This document shows, piece by piece, positions 42,207 through 53,746 of a stretch of DNA of 64,000 nt; position 1 is the first letter of the stretch, and the number at the start of each line of letters is the position of its first letter. The stretch is from the sequence record SRR31156797_5074; one strand, written 5' to 3'. Below the pieces are notes generated by a model. It was given only the letters and a program-made list of their open reading frames with translations, searched no databases and was not told the DNA's origin. Position numbers and translations under genes: made by a program.

Positions 42207-43940
42207 TTACATGCGCTCTAGTGTATTAATACCCAGCAGAGAAAGACCTTGCTTGATCGTCTTCGCTGTTAATGCGGCTAGTTTTAAGCGGCTCTGTTTA
42301 ACGGCTTCGTCTTCAGCAACCAGAATAGGGCATGCTTCATAGAAGCTTGAGAATTGACCGGCTAGTTCGAACAGGTAACTACACATTAGGTGAGGTTGAC
42401 CTTCACGAGCAACTGCTTGGACCGCTTCTTCAAACTGCATTAGTTTGGCGATTAGTGCTTTTTCTTTCTCTTCAGTCACTTTGATTTCGCCTTGCAGACT
42501 GTCCATTGATAGACCTGCTTTAGCAAAGATAGAAGCAACACGAGTATAAGCGTATTGCATGTATGGCGCTGTGTTGCCTTCGAAGGCTAGCATGTTGTCC
42601 CAGTCAAACACGTAATCAGTAGTACGGTGTTTAGATAGGTCAGAGTACTTCACAGCAGCCATTGCTACAGTTGTCGCAATCTCTGATTTTTCATTGCTAG
42701 AGAGTTCAGGGTTTTTCGATTCGATTAGAGCTGCTGCACGCTCTTCTGCTTCATCAAGAAGATCGGCAAGACGAACTGTACCACCTGCACGAGTCTTAAA
42801 TGGTTTACCATCTTTACCCAGCATCATACCGAACGCGTGATGTTCCAAAGACACTTCTTCAGGCACATAACCAGCTTTACGTACAATATTCCAAGCTTGC
42901 ATTAGGTGCTGATGCTGACGAGAGTCAATGAAATACAGCACGCGATCAGCGCCTAAGGTTTCGTAACGGTATTTAGCACACGCGATATCGGTGGTGGTAT
43001 ACAGGAAGCCACCATCACGTTTTTGGATGATAACGCCCATTGGTTCGCCATCTTTGTTTTTGTATTCATCCAAGAAAACAACTTGTGCACCGTCATCTTC
43101 TTGAGCGATACCTTTTTCTTTCAGATCAGCAACAATGGCAGGTAGCATGTCATTGTACATACTCTCACCCATCACATTGTCACGAGTCAGAGAAACATTT
43201 AGACGGTCGTAGTTGCGCTGGTTTTGGATCATGGTTACATCAACCAGTTTCTTCCACATATCCAGGCAGAACTGATCACCACTTTGCAGTTTCACTACAT
43301 AACCGCGCGCTTTCACTGCAAACTCTTCGTCTTCATCGTAAAGTTTTTTAGATTCACGGTAGAAAGCTTCAAGATCAGAAAGCTCCATTGAAACTTCGCC
43401 AGACTCTTGTTGGATTCGCTCAAGGTTGGCAATCAACATACCAAACTGCGTACCCCAGTCACCGATGTGGTTGGCACGGATAACTTTGTGGCCCAAGAAC
43501 TCAAGAGTGCGAACAACGGCATCACCGATGATGGTTGAACGTAGGTGACCAACGTGCATTTCTTTCGCTACGTTTGGTGCTGAGTAGTCAGCAACGATAG
43601 TTTTCGTTTCTTCAGTCGCTACGCCTAAACGCTCATCCGCAAGTGCAGCTTCTGCTTGCGCGGCAAGAAAATCTTCACTTAAGAAGATGTTGATAAAGCC
43701 AGGGCCTGCGATTTCAGTTTTGCTCGCAATACCTTCTAGGTCGAGAACATCCAAGACTTTTTGTGCAAATTCTCGTGGGTTGGTTCCTAATTTTTTAGCA
43801 ACGCCCATGACGCCGTTTGCTTGGTAGTCACCAAACTGTGCTTTTGCAGATTGACGTACTGCGGCAGGACTGCCTGCAGGTGCGCCAGCGGCTTCTAGAG
43901 CCTGAGATACTTTGTCGTTAATAAGTGCTTGAATATTCAC
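42207..43940 (-). CDS. argS: Arginine--tRNA ligase
   Basis: [34 protein letters not shown] start 43940 with AAGGA RBS. Confidence 0.98.
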   Translation of the reverse strand: MNIQALINDKVSQALEAAGAPAGSPAAVRQSAKAQFGDYQANGVMGVAKKLGTNPREFAQKVLDVLDLEGIASKTEIAGPGFINIFLSEDFLAAQAEAALADERLGVATEETKTIVADYSAPNVAKEMHVGHLRSTIIGDAVVRTLEFLGHKVIRANHIGDWGTQFGMLIANLERIQQESGEVSMELSDLEAFYRESKKLYDEDEEFAVKARGYVVKLQSGDQFCLDMWKKLVDVTMIQNQRNYDRLNVSLTRDNVMGESMYNDMLPAIVADLKEKGIAQEDDGAQVVFLDEYKNKDGEPMGVIIQKRDGGFLYTTTDIACAKYRYETLGADRVLYFIDSRQHQHLMQAWNIVRKAGYVPEEVSLEHHAFGMMLGKDGKPFKTRAGGTVRLADLLDEAEERAAALIESKNPELSSNEKSEIATTVAMAAVKYSDLSKHRTTDYVFDWDNMLAFEGNTAPYMQYAYTRVASIFAKAGLSMDSLQGEIKVTEEKEKALIAKLMQFEEAVQAVAREGQPHLMCSYLFELAGQFSSFYEACPILVAEDEAVKQSRLKLAALTAKTIKQGLSLLGINTLERM

Positions 43941-44165
43941 TTGGGTGTCCTTCAATTCTGGGAATTGGCTAAGGCCTGTTGATATGGCCTTAGGTATGCA
44001 TTTCAATCATTAGTGCAATGAATGCATATCTTGATCTTGTTCATAAATTGGCGCACATGATAACAATTTTATTTGCACTCTTATAGAGAATACGATGCTA
44101 AATTTGCTACTTTTCAGCACGCTTTTGATAGTATCAGTGAAAAATCACTATTTTGGACCATTACA

Positions 44166-44759
44166 ATGTTTCAGCCGTTGTTAAATTCAGGTCTTCACCC
44201 TGAACAAATGAAACAAAAGTTACCCAGTTTCATCGATAACATTCAGCAATTAATCGATCTTTTATGTTTAGATATGAAACCCTATCAGCTGGATCATATC
44301 GCGTTAAGGATCAACGAATTAGAATTGGCCCAACTTGCGCACCAGGCGTGGTTATCTGAGGGAGAGGAAATCTCCAATACTGAGATTAATGGGCGGCCTA
44401 TTGTTGTTGTTGCCTTCAATCAGCCTTTACAAGCTGGCCAATGGACAATTGAATGCCTTGAACTGCCTTATCCAGCGCAAGGTAAACATTATCCAGAACA
44501 GAGCTGGGAGCATGTGGAGTTTGTTGTTCCATCAACGGCACAAACTGCGGATGAGTATTTACAAGATGTGAAGCAGCTTTTCCCGAAATTAGCGGAAAAC
44601 TGGCACCAGTTGGCTACTCAAAATGTCAAAGTAAAGCTTTCAAGCCCCAAAGGTGAGGGAGAGCGTCTTAACAATCCGACAATTGCTTTTAAATGGCGGG
44701 GTGTCTGCATCAAGTTACACCCCCACTGTTTGAAAACGATTATCGAATCTGAAGTTTAG
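44166..44759 (+). CDS. YecM-like VOC-family metalloprotein
   Basis: DHIALR, INGRPI, ELPYP, WEHVE, IKLHP; divergent from argS; start likely ATG 44166. Confidence 0.85.
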   Translation: MFQPLLNSGLHPEQMKQKLPSFIDNIQQLIDLLCLDMKPYQLDHIALRINELELAQLAHQAWLSEGEEISNTEINGRPIVVVAFNQPLQAGQWTIECLELPYPAQGKHYPEQSWEHVEFVVPSTAQTADEYLQDVKQLFPKLAENWHQLATQNVKVKLSSPKGEGERLNNPTIAFKWRGVCIKLHPHCLKTIIESEV

Positions 44760-44765
44760 ATAAGC

Positions 44766-47543
44766 TTAGCCAATATCGTAGGCTTTTGGCCTAAGCTGAA
44801 ACTCTTCGGTTGAACCAATCTCAAGCCCTAGGTGCAGCGGTTCTGCATCCTTGTGAGCGTTCCCTAGGGTATGCATGATTAAACGATTCGCGGTTCGCGG
44901 TTTTAATGTGTTGACGACAAAGCGGATCATGTCTGATTTTTGCAGTGTTTTAAGCTCTTGCAACACGCATTCTCGCTGTTCAAAATCCCAATCTTTATTA
45001 CCGATGGCTACCCATAATCGCTGTGCACGAGTTCGTAAGGTTGGATCGGGCGTTGAGATTTGATTCCACAGACCTTTTTTACTGCTGTGCCACTGATACT
45101 CGTTGAGTTCCAATAAAACCATATAAAAAGCGTTTAGAAACTCATCAATTGAGTAAATTAAGTCGGTGGGTGCTGCGTTGGGAGATTGAACATACAAAAC
45201 CATTCCAGGATGGCGGTTCATTGGCATGTTACCCGTACCGACCATATAGCCGAGTTGTTGCTTAGTTCTGATCTCATGGAAAAATGTTGCAGACATTAGA
45301 TGGTTCGCCAGAGAATAAAGAGCGATGTTTCGCGGCTCTGTATCTTCACATTGGTAATAAACCACAACGGCAGAGTCATCTTGGCCACATTCTAATTCCC
45401 GTTGGAATGTACCGCTGTCACCCAGCATTACCAGCGGGCGAAGTGACTCTTCATATGTCTGATTTTTGACTCTCAAAGCGTCTTTCAAGGTTTCAGCCAT
45501 GTTTAACGCATCTTGTTTGTGCCAGTCGCCGTAAACAAACATCTCAACATGGAGATTGGCTATAATCAGGTCGACAAAAGCCGCTAAATCAGAAACTTCG
45601 ATGTTTTCTAACGCTTCAAGCAGCGCAGAGTATGGTGGGTTGTTAGGTTGCAGCAAGCCCGTCATGTTACTGAACAGTTGGGAAATGGGCTTATCGTGAG
45701 CAGCATTACGCCAATTGCGTTGCAGTTGCTGCTTAATCGTGGCAAATCGGCTGCTGCTAAAGCTACGTTCGGCGAACTTAGCTAAAATCATTTCCATTAG
45801 CTGAGGCTGTTTTTGGCTAAAACCTGAAATGGAGAGGGTAACCCCACCTTGATGGGCATACATGTTGTACCCCATACCTGCAATTTCAGCTTGATAAGTC
45901 TCTTTCGCTAAAGAATCTAAGAACATCTCGACACATAGGCGTGTTTTCACGATGTTTTCTACATTGGCTACAGAGTGTGGGCTGTCGATCGCGATAAAGA
46001 TGACGCCTTTCGGCACCCGGAAATGTGCGTCTTGCATATGCCATAAGCGGAAACCAGGCAGTTCCTGAATAATCTCAGGTTGCTCCTTATTATCCTCGAC
46101 AGGTTTAGGGTCTAGGTCATAGCAAATAAACGGGTTTTTAGGTGGTAATGTTAATGACAACTCATTGCTTGTTGATTGGTAACAAGAGAGTTGCTGCTGA
46201 CTAAAAGGTGTGACGGAATAAGGCGTGAAGTACCAGTCTGCCTGTTGGTCATAATCTTGTCCTTGGGCGATCAGTGTTACCCGTAAGTTTTCAGGAGATA
46301 AGTACGGCAGAAAGCTTTTTAATAACGTTTCATCGTAGCCACGCATCATGTAGTCACCGTAAATGGTGTCTTCAGCGTCATAATGCTGCATGTTTACCAC
46401 AAGGTGGCTAACAATATCCATGGGGCGTGACGTTTCCTGAAAGCGGAACGCTGATTCCAATACAGCTCGTTTCTCCAAATAGCGCCATTCATCCAGTCCT
46501 TGTTCCGCTATGAGCGAAATCATTTGGAACACGGCTTGAATAATTTCATCCGTGTGCTGCAAACCTTCAGGCGTTAAAGAGCAACTAACCGAGAATTCTC
46601 TGTAGTTGCTGCCACTCGCGCCACCACCAGCCGAAAGTGTGGTAATCCATCCCTTATCTTTTAAAGCCAGCATTAAGCTGCCATCACCTTCGTAGCCGAT
46701 CAGATGGGCAAAATAAGAGAGTGGTTTATACGGATAATGAGCATCCGTACTGGGCATTGGGAAATTGAGGACTAATTTGCGAATCTCTTTTAAAGGTTCG
46801 ACCTTAATTTGAACACTGGTATGTTCCGATGTGACATAAGGTTCCGATATCGTCTTACCACATTTGTTGATGTTGATGATGTCTGAAAATTTTGCTGTCA
46901 CCCAATCTTGCATCTCATCGAGTTCATGTGGTCCCATTAATGTGAGGGTCATGATGTCCGCTGAGTAATGTTGGTGATGAAACTCTACAATCTCTTCCCT
47001 GATTGATTTGCCGTTACGGTCACACAGTGTTTCAAGGTTACCTACCGAGAACTTGGCAAAAGGGTGGTTAGGATTGACGGTCTCTTTTTGGACTTGATAA
47101 AGGCGGCGAGAATCATCGTTGAGTTTGAGTTTATACTCTGAATCAACCGCTTGGCGTTCTTTATCCAAAGCTTCTTCATTAAATAAAGGTGCGGCAAAAA
47201 ATTGACTAAATCGGTCTAACGCTTTTTCAAACGCATTCGGTGTAACATCGAAAAAGAAACAAGTGTGTTCAGTTCCTGTCCATGCGTTGTTTCCGCCGCC
47301 ATGCTGACTAATAAAACTTTGGAATTCGCCAACTTTAGGGTATTTTCTCGTCCCTAAAAAAAGCATGTGTTCAAGATAATGAGCCATACCTTGACGGTCG
47401 ACAGGATCGTCAAAATGACCAACATTCACAGCTAGTGCTGCTGCTGATTTTTGTGCACTTTCACTTTGGATCAACAACACTCGTAATTGGTTAGGCAAAG
47501 TGAAGTGTCGATAGCGATTTGAATCATTTGGACTTATGTGCAC
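44766..47543 (-). CDS. Insulinase/pitrilysin-family (M16) zinc peptidase
   Basis: Inverted zinc motif HYLEH, NAWT, RTKQQLGY; GTG start with GGAG RBS; no signal peptide. Confidence 0.93.
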   Translation of the reverse strand: MHISPNDSNRYRHFTLPNQLRVLLIQSESAQKSAAALAVNVGHFDDPVDRQGMAHYLEHMLFLGTRKYPKVGEFQSFISQHGGGNNAWTGTEHTCFFFDVTPNAFEKALDRFSQFFAAPLFNEEALDKERQAVDSEYKLKLNDDSRRLYQVQKETVNPNHPFAKFSVGNLETLCDRNGKSIREEIVEFHHQHYSADIMTLTLMGPHELDEMQDWVTAKFSDIININKCGKTISEPYVTSEHTSVQIKVEPLKEIRKLVLNFPMPSTDAHYPYKPLSYFAHLIGYEGDGSLMLALKDKGWITTLSAGGGASGSNYREFSVSCSLTPEGLQHTDEIIQAVFQMISLIAEQGLDEWRYLEKRAVLESAFRFQETSRPMDIVSHLVVNMQHYDAEDTIYGDYMMRGYDETLLKSFLPYLSPENLRVTLIAQGQDYDQQADWYFTPYSVTPFSQQQLSCYQSTSNELSLTLPPKNPFICYDLDPKPVEDNKEQPEIIQELPGFRLWHMQDAHFRVPKGVIFIAIDSPHSVANVENIVKTRLCVEMFLDSLAKETYQAEIAGMGYNMYAHQGGVTLSISGFSQKQPQLMEMILAKFAERSFSSSRFATIKQQLQRNWRNAAHDKPISQLFSNMTGLLQPNNPPYSALLEALENIEVSDLAAFVDLIIANLHVEMFVYGDWHKQDALNMAETLKDALRVKNQTYEESLRPLVMLGDSGTFQRELECGQDDSAVVVYYQCEDTEPRNIALYSLANHLMSATFFHEIRTKQQLGYMVGTGNMPMNRHPGMVLYVQSPNAAPTDLIYSIDEFLNAFYMVLLELNEYQWHSSKKGLWNQISTPDPTLRTRAQRLWVAIGNKDWDFEQRECVLQELKTLQKSDMIRFVVNTLKPRTANRLIMHTLGNAHKDAEPLHLGLEIGSTEEFQLRPKAYDIG

Positions 47544-47836
47544 AGAGAATCTCCGAATTAGCACGAGATCTTAAGTATGGCTTTGATACGACTGGGCGCA
47601 AATATGAGATCGTGTTTTTATGAACCGATAGTCATTTTAGTCTCTTTGCGGCGTTTTTAACAGACTGATAATTCTGAAAATAGCATTAGTTCGTGTAAAA
47701 ATGGCATGGGAGTTGCCTTATATCTTGAAGTATATAGCGACTCACAAATCGCAGTAAAAATGATCGCGAAACGAGAGAGAACGCGATTATAATCGTGACC
47801 AAGCAGCAACAGACTGCACTTAATACTAAGGTAACT

Positions 47837-48307
47837 ATGATGAAAATTTATATTATGCGCCACGGAGAAGCCCAGCATTATGCTGCCAGTGACGCAGAAA
47901 GAGCCTTGACTGATAGAGGGAGAAGTGAGTCTGTCGCTGTTGCCAGAGCAGGTGTTAATCAGAAAAATGTGACTCGTTTCGACAAAGTTTTGGTCAGCCC
48001 ATACTTACGTGCTCAGCAAACATGGCAAGAAATATCAGCCGACTTCTCATCGCAAGACGTTGAAGTGTGCGAAGATATTACGCCATATGGCCAATCAGAA
48101 ATGGTGTTTGAGTACGTAACCGCCAGAGCGGAAACAGAACAATGGCAATCAGTATTACTGGTTTCGCACTTACCGCTTGTTGGGTACTTGGTCTCAGAGT
48201 TTGTTCCCGAAATGGTTCCTCCTATGTTTCCCACATCAGGGTTGGTGTGTATCGACTACGAGCCTAATGTGAGAAAGGGCAGTGTGGTGTGGAATATACA
48301 TCCATAA
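47837..48307 (+). CDS. sixA: Phosphohistidine phosphatase SixA
   Basis: MRHGEA, SPYLRAQQT, VSHLP. Confidence 0.93.
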   Translation: MMKIYIMRHGEAQHYAASDAERALTDRGRSESVAVARAGVNQKNVTRFDKVLVSPYLRAQQTWQEISADFSSQDVEVCEDITPYGQSEMVFEYVTARAETEQWQSVLLVSHLPLVGYLVSEFVPEMVPPMFPTSGLVCIDYEPNVRKGSVVWNIHP

Positions 48308-48319
48308 ACCAATGATTCG

Positions 48320-48345
48320 AAAAGCTACCGTTAGGTAGCTTTTTT
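48320..48345 (+). terminator. sixA terminator
   Basis: AAAAGCTACC-GTTA-GGTAGCTTTTTT. Confidence 0.85.
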
Positions 48346-48375
48346 CTTTTTAGCCATAACTTTGACGCATTGAAA

Positions 48376-48390
48376 TGGACTGAAAATTGC
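48376..48390 (+). promoter_or_regulatory. Sigma54 -24/-12 promoter of the flhA operon
   Basis: TGGACTGAAAATTGC with exact GG-N10-GC spacing; consistent with the FlrA/sigma54 polar flagellar hierarchy. Confidence 0.8.
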
Positions 48391-48482
48391 ATTATATGTC
48401 TAACGTGTTGTCATTTAGCCACTTTTTCTAAGCTGAACGATTTTAGTTTATTGCACTCTCTCAACGTAATATTGAAAAGCCT

Positions 48483-50576
48483 ATGAAGTTTACTCTGCCA
48501 TTTGCGGACAAATTGCCTTCGATTCCACAGCGTAGTATGCCGGCTATCGGTGCACCGATTATGGTGCTTGCTACTTTGGGCATGGTGGTTCTTCCAGTTC
48601 CTCCATTTCTGCTGGACTTGTTCTTTACCTTCAATATTGCCTTGTCGATGGTGGTGTTGCTGGTAACGGTATATACACGTAGACCTCTAGATTTTGCTGC
48701 TTTCCCCACCGTCCTCTTGATCGCCACTTTGTTACGTTTGGCTCTAAACGTCGCTTCAACTCGTGTTGTTTTACTTAAAGGTCATGAAGGTGGTAATGCC
48801 GCTGGTAACGTTATTGAAGCCTTTGGTAGCGTTGTTATTGGCGGAAACTATGCGGTCGGTTTAGTTGTGTTCCTCATCTTGATGATCATTAACTTCATGG
48901 TTGTAACCAAAGGTGCAGGCCGTATTTCCGAAGTTAGTGCTCGCTTTACCTTAGACGCTTTACCAGGTAAGCAAATGGCAATCGATGCCGACTTAAACGC
49001 GGGATTAATCGATCAAGAGCAAGCGAGAACTCGACGCTTTGAAGTGACCAAAGAAGCTGACTTCTATGGCTCGATGGATGGTGCCTCAAAATTCGTAAAA
49101 GGGGATGCCATCGCCGGTATCTTAATTCTGTTTATTAACATCATTGGTGGATTGGCTATTGGTATGGCTCAGTTTGACCTGAGCTTTGGCGAGGCGATTG
49201 AAATTTATACCTTGCTAACCATTGGTGATGGCTTGGTTGCTCAAATCCCATCGTTATTATTGTCGATTGGCGCTGCGATCATGGTAACGCGTCAAAATAC
49301 CGATGAAGATATGGGACAACAAGTCGTTTTCCAATTATTCGACAACCCGAAAGCTTTGATGATTACCGCCGCGATTCTTGGCGTTATGGGTATTGTTCCT
49401 GGAATGCCACATTTTGCTTTCTTACTGTTAGCATCGATTGCTGGTGGTACAGCGTATTGGATTCAGCGCAAGCAAAAAGCAGAAACTGAAGAGGCGAAGC
49501 TACCCGTTGCTGTTGACGGTGAAACGACAACTCAAAAAGAGTTGTCTTGGGAAGATGTGCAGCCCGTCGATATTATTGGTCTAGAGGTTGGTTATCGACT
49601 CATCCCTCTAGTAGACAGAGATCAAGGCGGGGAATTACTGGAACGCGTTAAAGGGGTGCGTAAGAAGCTATCACAAGACTTTGGATTTCTTATCCCGGCG
49701 GTCCATATTCGAGACAACCTAGAACTTACGCCAAACAGTTACCGCATCACTCTCATGGGAGTTGCAGCAGGGGAAGCGGAAATTCGGCCTGATCAGGAGC
49801 TGGCAATTAACCCCGGACAGGTTTACGGCATGATTGATGGAGAGCGAACATTTGACCCCGCATTTGGCTTAGAAGCGGTTTGGATCAGAGAAGAACAAAG
49901 AGAGCATGCTCAGGCACTTGGATATACGGTGGTGGATTCATCAACTGTGCTCGCCACACATTTAAGCCAGTTATTAACCAACAATGCATCTCAGCTCATC
50001 GGTCACGAAGAAGTTCAAAACCTTCTTGAAATGCTGGGCCGCTCTACGCCTAAGTTGGTTGAAGGTTTTGTTCCGGATCAGCTACCTCTTGGTGTTGTCG
50101 TTAAGGTGTTGCAGAATTTACTTAATGAAGCGATTCCGATTCGCGACATCAGAACCATTGTTCAAACTCTTTCTGAATATGCGAGCAAGAGTCAAGAACC
50201 TGACATCCTTACTGCGGCTGTTCGCATTTCCTTGAAACGTTTAATTGTTCAGGAAATCAATGGAATAGAACCAGAATTACCAGTAATCACCCTAATTCCT
50301 GAGCTGGAACAAATATTGCATCAAACTATGCAAGCTTCAGGTGGTGAGTCTGCGGGGATTGAACCGGGGCTAGCAGAGAGATTGCAAATGGCTTTAAGTC
50401 AGGCGACCCAAGAACAAGAGTTAAAAGGTGAGCCAGCAGTACTGCTTACCTCTGGTGTGCTTCGTTCGACACTGGCTAAGTTTGTGAAAAATACCATTCC
50501 AAACTTACGCGTACTGTCGTATCAAGAGATACCTGACGAAAAACAAATTCGCATAGTGCAGGCTGTAGGTAACTAA
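48483..50576 (+). CDS. flhA: Flagellar export protein FlhA
   Basis: EVSARFTLDALPGKQMAIDADL, FYGSMDGASKFVKGD. Confidence 0.99.
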   Translation: MKFTLPFADKLPSIPQRSMPAIGAPIMVLATLGMVVLPVPPFLLDLFFTFNIALSMVVLLVTVYTRRPLDFAAFPTVLLIATLLRLALNVASTRVVLLKGHEGGNAAGNVIEAFGSVVIGGNYAVGLVVFLILMIINFMVVTKGAGRISEVSARFTLDALPGKQMAIDADLNAGLIDQEQARTRRFEVTKEADFYGSMDGASKFVKGDAIAGILILFINIIGGLAIGMAQFDLSFGEAIEIYTLLTIGDGLVAQIPSLLLSIGAAIMVTRQNTDEDMGQQVVFQLFDNPKALMITAAILGVMGIVPGMPHFAFLLLASIAGGTAYWIQRKQKAETEEAKLPVAVDGETTTQKELSWEDVQPVDIIGLEVGYRLIPLVDRDQGGELLERVKGVRKKLSQDFGFLIPAVHIRDNLELTPNSYRITLMGVAAGEAEIRPDQELAINPGQVYGMIDGERTFDPAFGLEAVWIREEQREHAQALGYTVVDSSTVLATHLSQLLTNNASQLIGHEEVQNLLEMLGRSTPKLVEGFVPDQLPLGVVVKVLQNLLNEAIPIRDIRTIVQTLSEYASKSQEPDILTAAVRISLKRLIVQEINGIEPELPVITLIPELEQILHQTMQASGGESAGIEPGLAERLQMALSQATQEQELKGEPAVLLTSGVLRSTLAKFVKNTIPNLRVLSYQEIPDEKQIRIVQAVGN

Positions 50577-50624
50577 TTAAGTCATTAGATAACTCGCGGC
50601 CATCGTTAAAAACGGATATCAGCT

Positions 50625-52097
50625 TTGAAAATAAAACGATTTTTTGCAAAAGACATGAAAACAGCACTGCTCCAGGTTAAGGAAGAGCTTGGTGCTGATG
50701 CCGTGATCATGTCGAATAAAAAAGTCGCAGGTGGTGTCGAAATTGTGGCGGCTGTTGATGGAGAGCCATCAGCTCAAGCAGCGCAGCCAAAATTGGAGCA
50801 GTCGTACAACTCTCAGCCAAGACACACCCAAGTTTCCCAATCTTTGGCGAAACAGCCCAATCGACGCGAATTAGAAGAAGATCGTGTGAGTTTGCAAGCG
50901 AGCGCAGCGGAAGGTCGCTCAATGACTCAACGTTTCGCCAACATGCTTAAGCAGTACAGTAATGGTGCTATGCCTGAAGAGGAAACGCATCGCTCTGAAA
51001 ATGAGGATTCACTCTCGGCACTGCTAAAACGTCAAAATGAAAGTACTCAGAGCCGTCAGTCAAAGCTAACCAAATGGGCTGAGGAAGAAGAGCAGAATTA
51101 CAATCAACGCAAACAGCGCTTAGACCCTACTCGCTACGAGCGAGACCGCCCCCGTCCTGACGAAGCCAAGCTTTCTGCGCAAGATCTCGACAATATGCGT
51201 GAAGAGATGACCTCCATTCGACGTCTGCTTGAACATCAAGTTTCGGGTTTAATGTGGCAAGAGGTTGAGCGTCGTGAGCCGCTTCGTGCGATGTTGATTC
51301 GACGATTAGAACGGATGGGTGTATCGCTCGATCTTGCTGACCAATTAGCTTGCTATATTCCAGAAGATACGCCACCGCAGAAAGCGTGGAAAGCCTTGTT
51401 AGGCTTGGTTTCCGATCAGATACCTGTAGTAAAACAAGATATCTTAAAACGTGGTGGTGTTGTTGCTTTGTTAGGCCCGACAGGTGTGGGGAAAACCACA
51501 ACGGTTGCTAAGTTGGCCGCTCGAGCTGCGATGGAGTTTGGTTCCGATAATGTCGCGTTGGTGACCACAGATACTTACCGTATTGGTGCACACGAGCAAC
51601 TTTCCATTTATGGAAGAATTATGGGTTGTCCTGTAAGAGTCGCTAAAGATTCCAATGAGTTAGCCGATGTAATATATCAATTACGAGATCGCCGGCTAGT
51701 TTTGGTTGATACAGCAGGTATGGGACAACGCGATGTGCGTCTTTCTGAACAGTTAGACACACTGATGCAAGAAAGTGGTGAAGTGATTCATAGCTACCTT
51801 GTGCTACCAGCAACAGCACAAAGAAAGGTTCTACAAGAAACCATTGAACATTTTCGAAGAATACCTCTGTCTGGGTGCATCATGACTAAACTCGACGAAT
51901 GTTTAAGTCTCGGAGAGTTTGTCAGCGTTGTGGTTCAAAATTCCTTGCCCGTTGCGTACATCGCAAACGGACAGCGAGTACCAGAAGATATAGTGCTTGC
52001 TCAGCCTAAGTATATGGTGGCGAAAGCAAACGAATTACTAGAGAAGTCGACAGAAAATGAACCTCACTATTGGAATAGTGACTCAGAGAGATTCTAG
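50625..52097 (+). CDS. flhF: SRP-type GTPase FlhF
   Basis: GPTGVGKTTT, DTYRIGA, DTAG, TKLDE; TTG start. Confidence 0.98.
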   Translation: MKIKRFFAKDMKTALLQVKEELGADAVIMSNKKVAGGVEIVAAVDGEPSAQAAQPKLEQSYNSQPRHTQVSQSLAKQPNRRELEEDRVSLQASAAEGRSMTQRFANMLKQYSNGAMPEEETHRSENEDSLSALLKRQNESTQSRQSKLTKWAEEEEQNYNQRKQRLDPTRYERDRPRPDEAKLSAQDLDNMREEMTSIRRLLEHQVSGLMWQEVERREPLRAMLIRRLERMGVSLDLADQLACYIPEDTPPQKAWKALLGLVSDQIPVVKQDILKRGGVVALLGPTGVGKTTTVAKLAARAAMEFGSDNVALVTTDTYRIGAHEQLSIYGRIMGCPVRVAKDSNELADVIYQLRDRRLVLVDTAGMGQRDVRLSEQLDTLMQESGEVIHSYLVLPATAQRKVLQETIEHFRRIPLSGCIMTKLDECLSLGEFVSVVVQNSLPVAYIANGQRVPEDIVLAQPKYMVAKANELLEKSTENEPHYWNSDSERF

Positions 52098-52110
52098 GCG
52101 GCGTACAGAT

Positions 52111-52998
52111 ATGACGAATAAAATGATATATGACCAAGCAAGCGGCTTACGTCGCTTATCTCAACCATCACTGACCAAAGTTATTACCGTGACTGGCGGT
52201 AAAGGTGGTGTGGGGAAATCGAATGTGACCCTAGGCATGGCTATCTGTATGGCTCGTGAGGGTAAAAAAGTCATGGTTCTGGATGCAGACCTAGGACTGG
52301 CGAATATTGATGTCATGCTCGGTATTCGGCCTAAGTACAATCTCGGTCACGTTCTTGCTGGTGAGTGTGAGCTGAAAGATGCCATTGTTGAAGGTCCGTA
52401 TGGTATTAAAATAATTCCGGCGACGTCGGGTACTCAATCCATGACAGAACTGTCACATGCGCAGCATGTGGGGCTAATTAGAGCCTTTGGTTCTCTCGAA
52501 GAGGAGATGGATGTACTATTAGTTGATACGGCCGCCGGTATTTCTGATATGGTTGTCAGCTTTGCTCGTGCAGCACAAGATGTGGTTGTGGTTGTGTGTG
52601 ATGAACCACCATCCATCACAGATGCATATGCGTTGATCAAACTTTTAAGCAGAGAACACCAAGTTCGACGATTTAAGATTGTTGCAAACATGGTGAGAAG
52701 CTATCGTGAAGGTAGAGAATTGTTCGCCAAGTTGACATTAGTCACAGAAAGGTTCTTAAATGTGAGCCTAGAACTCGTCGCATGTATCCCTCTGGATGAT
52801 AATGTTCGTCAGGCAGTGAAGAGACAAAAGATAGTGGTCGACGCTTTTCCTCGCTCTCCCGCTTCTTTAGCGATCAGTTCTTTGGCTAACAAGGCAACAA
52901 CTTGGCCTATACCGAAAACACCGAGTGGTCATCTTGAATTTTTTGTAGAGCGACTGCTTAATCGATCAGAAACAGTAGGGGAACCTTTTGGTGAATAA
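52111..52998 (+). CDS. flhG: MinD-like ATPase FlhG
   Basis: DQASGLR, GGKGGVGKS, DADLGLAN; start set at ATG 52111. Confidence 0.96.
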   Translation: MTNKMIYDQASGLRRLSQPSLTKVITVTGGKGGVGKSNVTLGMAICMAREGKKVMVLDADLGLANIDVMLGIRPKYNLGHVLAGECELKDAIVEGPYGIKIIPATSGTQSMTELSHAQHVGLIRAFGSLEEEMDVLLVDTAAGISDMVVSFARAAQDVVVVVCDEPPSITDAYALIKLLSREHQVRRFKIVANMVRSYREGRELFAKLTLVTERFLNVSLELVACIPLDDNVRQAVKRQKIVVDAFPRSPASLAISSLANKATTWPIPKTPSGHLEFFVERLLNRSETVGEPFGE

Positions 52999-53725
52999 AG
53001 CGCTTACTTACAATCAATATGGAACCTTAAACAGCCAACAGGCGTTTTTGGAGCAATATTCTGTATTGGTTAAGCGTATTGCTCATCACTTGATTGGTCG
53101 ATTACCGCCCAATGTTTTGATCGACGACTTAATCCAAGCAGGAATGATTGGTCTGCTGGAAGCTCAGAAGAATTATGATGGGAGTAAAGGCGCGAGCTTT
53201 GAAACCTATGCAGGAATTCGAATTCGTGGAGCGATGCTCGACGATATTCGACGTGGTGACTGGGTACCACGCTCGGTTCATAGACATAACCGAGAAATTA
53301 GCCAGGCGATCTCGGAGTTAGAAGGAAAGCTAAATCGAGATCCAACCGATGCTGAGGTAGCGAAACACTTAGACATGTCGTTAAGCCAATATCATACAGT
53401 ACTGAGTGATATAAACTGTTCACGTATTGTTGGCATTGAAGATCTAGGAGTTTCGGATGATGCGATTTCACCTTTAGGTGATGAAGAAGATAACTCTCCA
53501 TTCCAAGGTGTGGCTGATGAATCTTTTCGTAAAGCATTGGTTGAGTCAATAAAATCACTTCCGGAGCGTGAAGCCTTAGTACTTTCGCTCTATTATGATG
53601 AAGAGTTAAACTTAAAAGAAATTGGTGAAGTCATTGGTGTGAGTGAATCCCGAGTGAGCCAAATACTAAGCCAATCTATGCAACGTCTAAGAACAAAGTT
53701 AAGTTCTTGGACACAAAATGACTAA
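52991..53725 (+). CDS. fliA: RNA polymerase sigma-28
   Basis: DLIQAGMIGL, IRIRGAMLD, DWVPRS, VSESRVSQ; GTG start. Confidence 0.98.
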   Translation: MNKALTYNQYGTLNSQQAFLEQYSVLVKRIAHHLIGRLPPNVLIDDLIQAGMIGLLEAQKNYDGSKGASFETYAGIRIRGAMLDDIRRGDWVPRSVHRHNREISQAISELEGKLNRDPTDAEVAKHLDMSLSQYHTVLSDINCSRIVGIEDLGVSDDAISPLGDEEDNSPFQGVADESFRKALVESIKSLPEREALVLSLYYDEELNLKEIGEVIGVSESRVSQILSQSMQRLRTKLSSWTQND

Positions 53726-53746
53726 AAATCACTGATTGCGAACTCA

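Noticed and set aside
43941..44006. Longer argS N-terminus from the ORF track, and similar extensions of znuB, HIT, sixA, flhG, ccmD and the GH43 gene
   Set aside because: Downstream starts have better RBS or coupling and match the expected family N-termini
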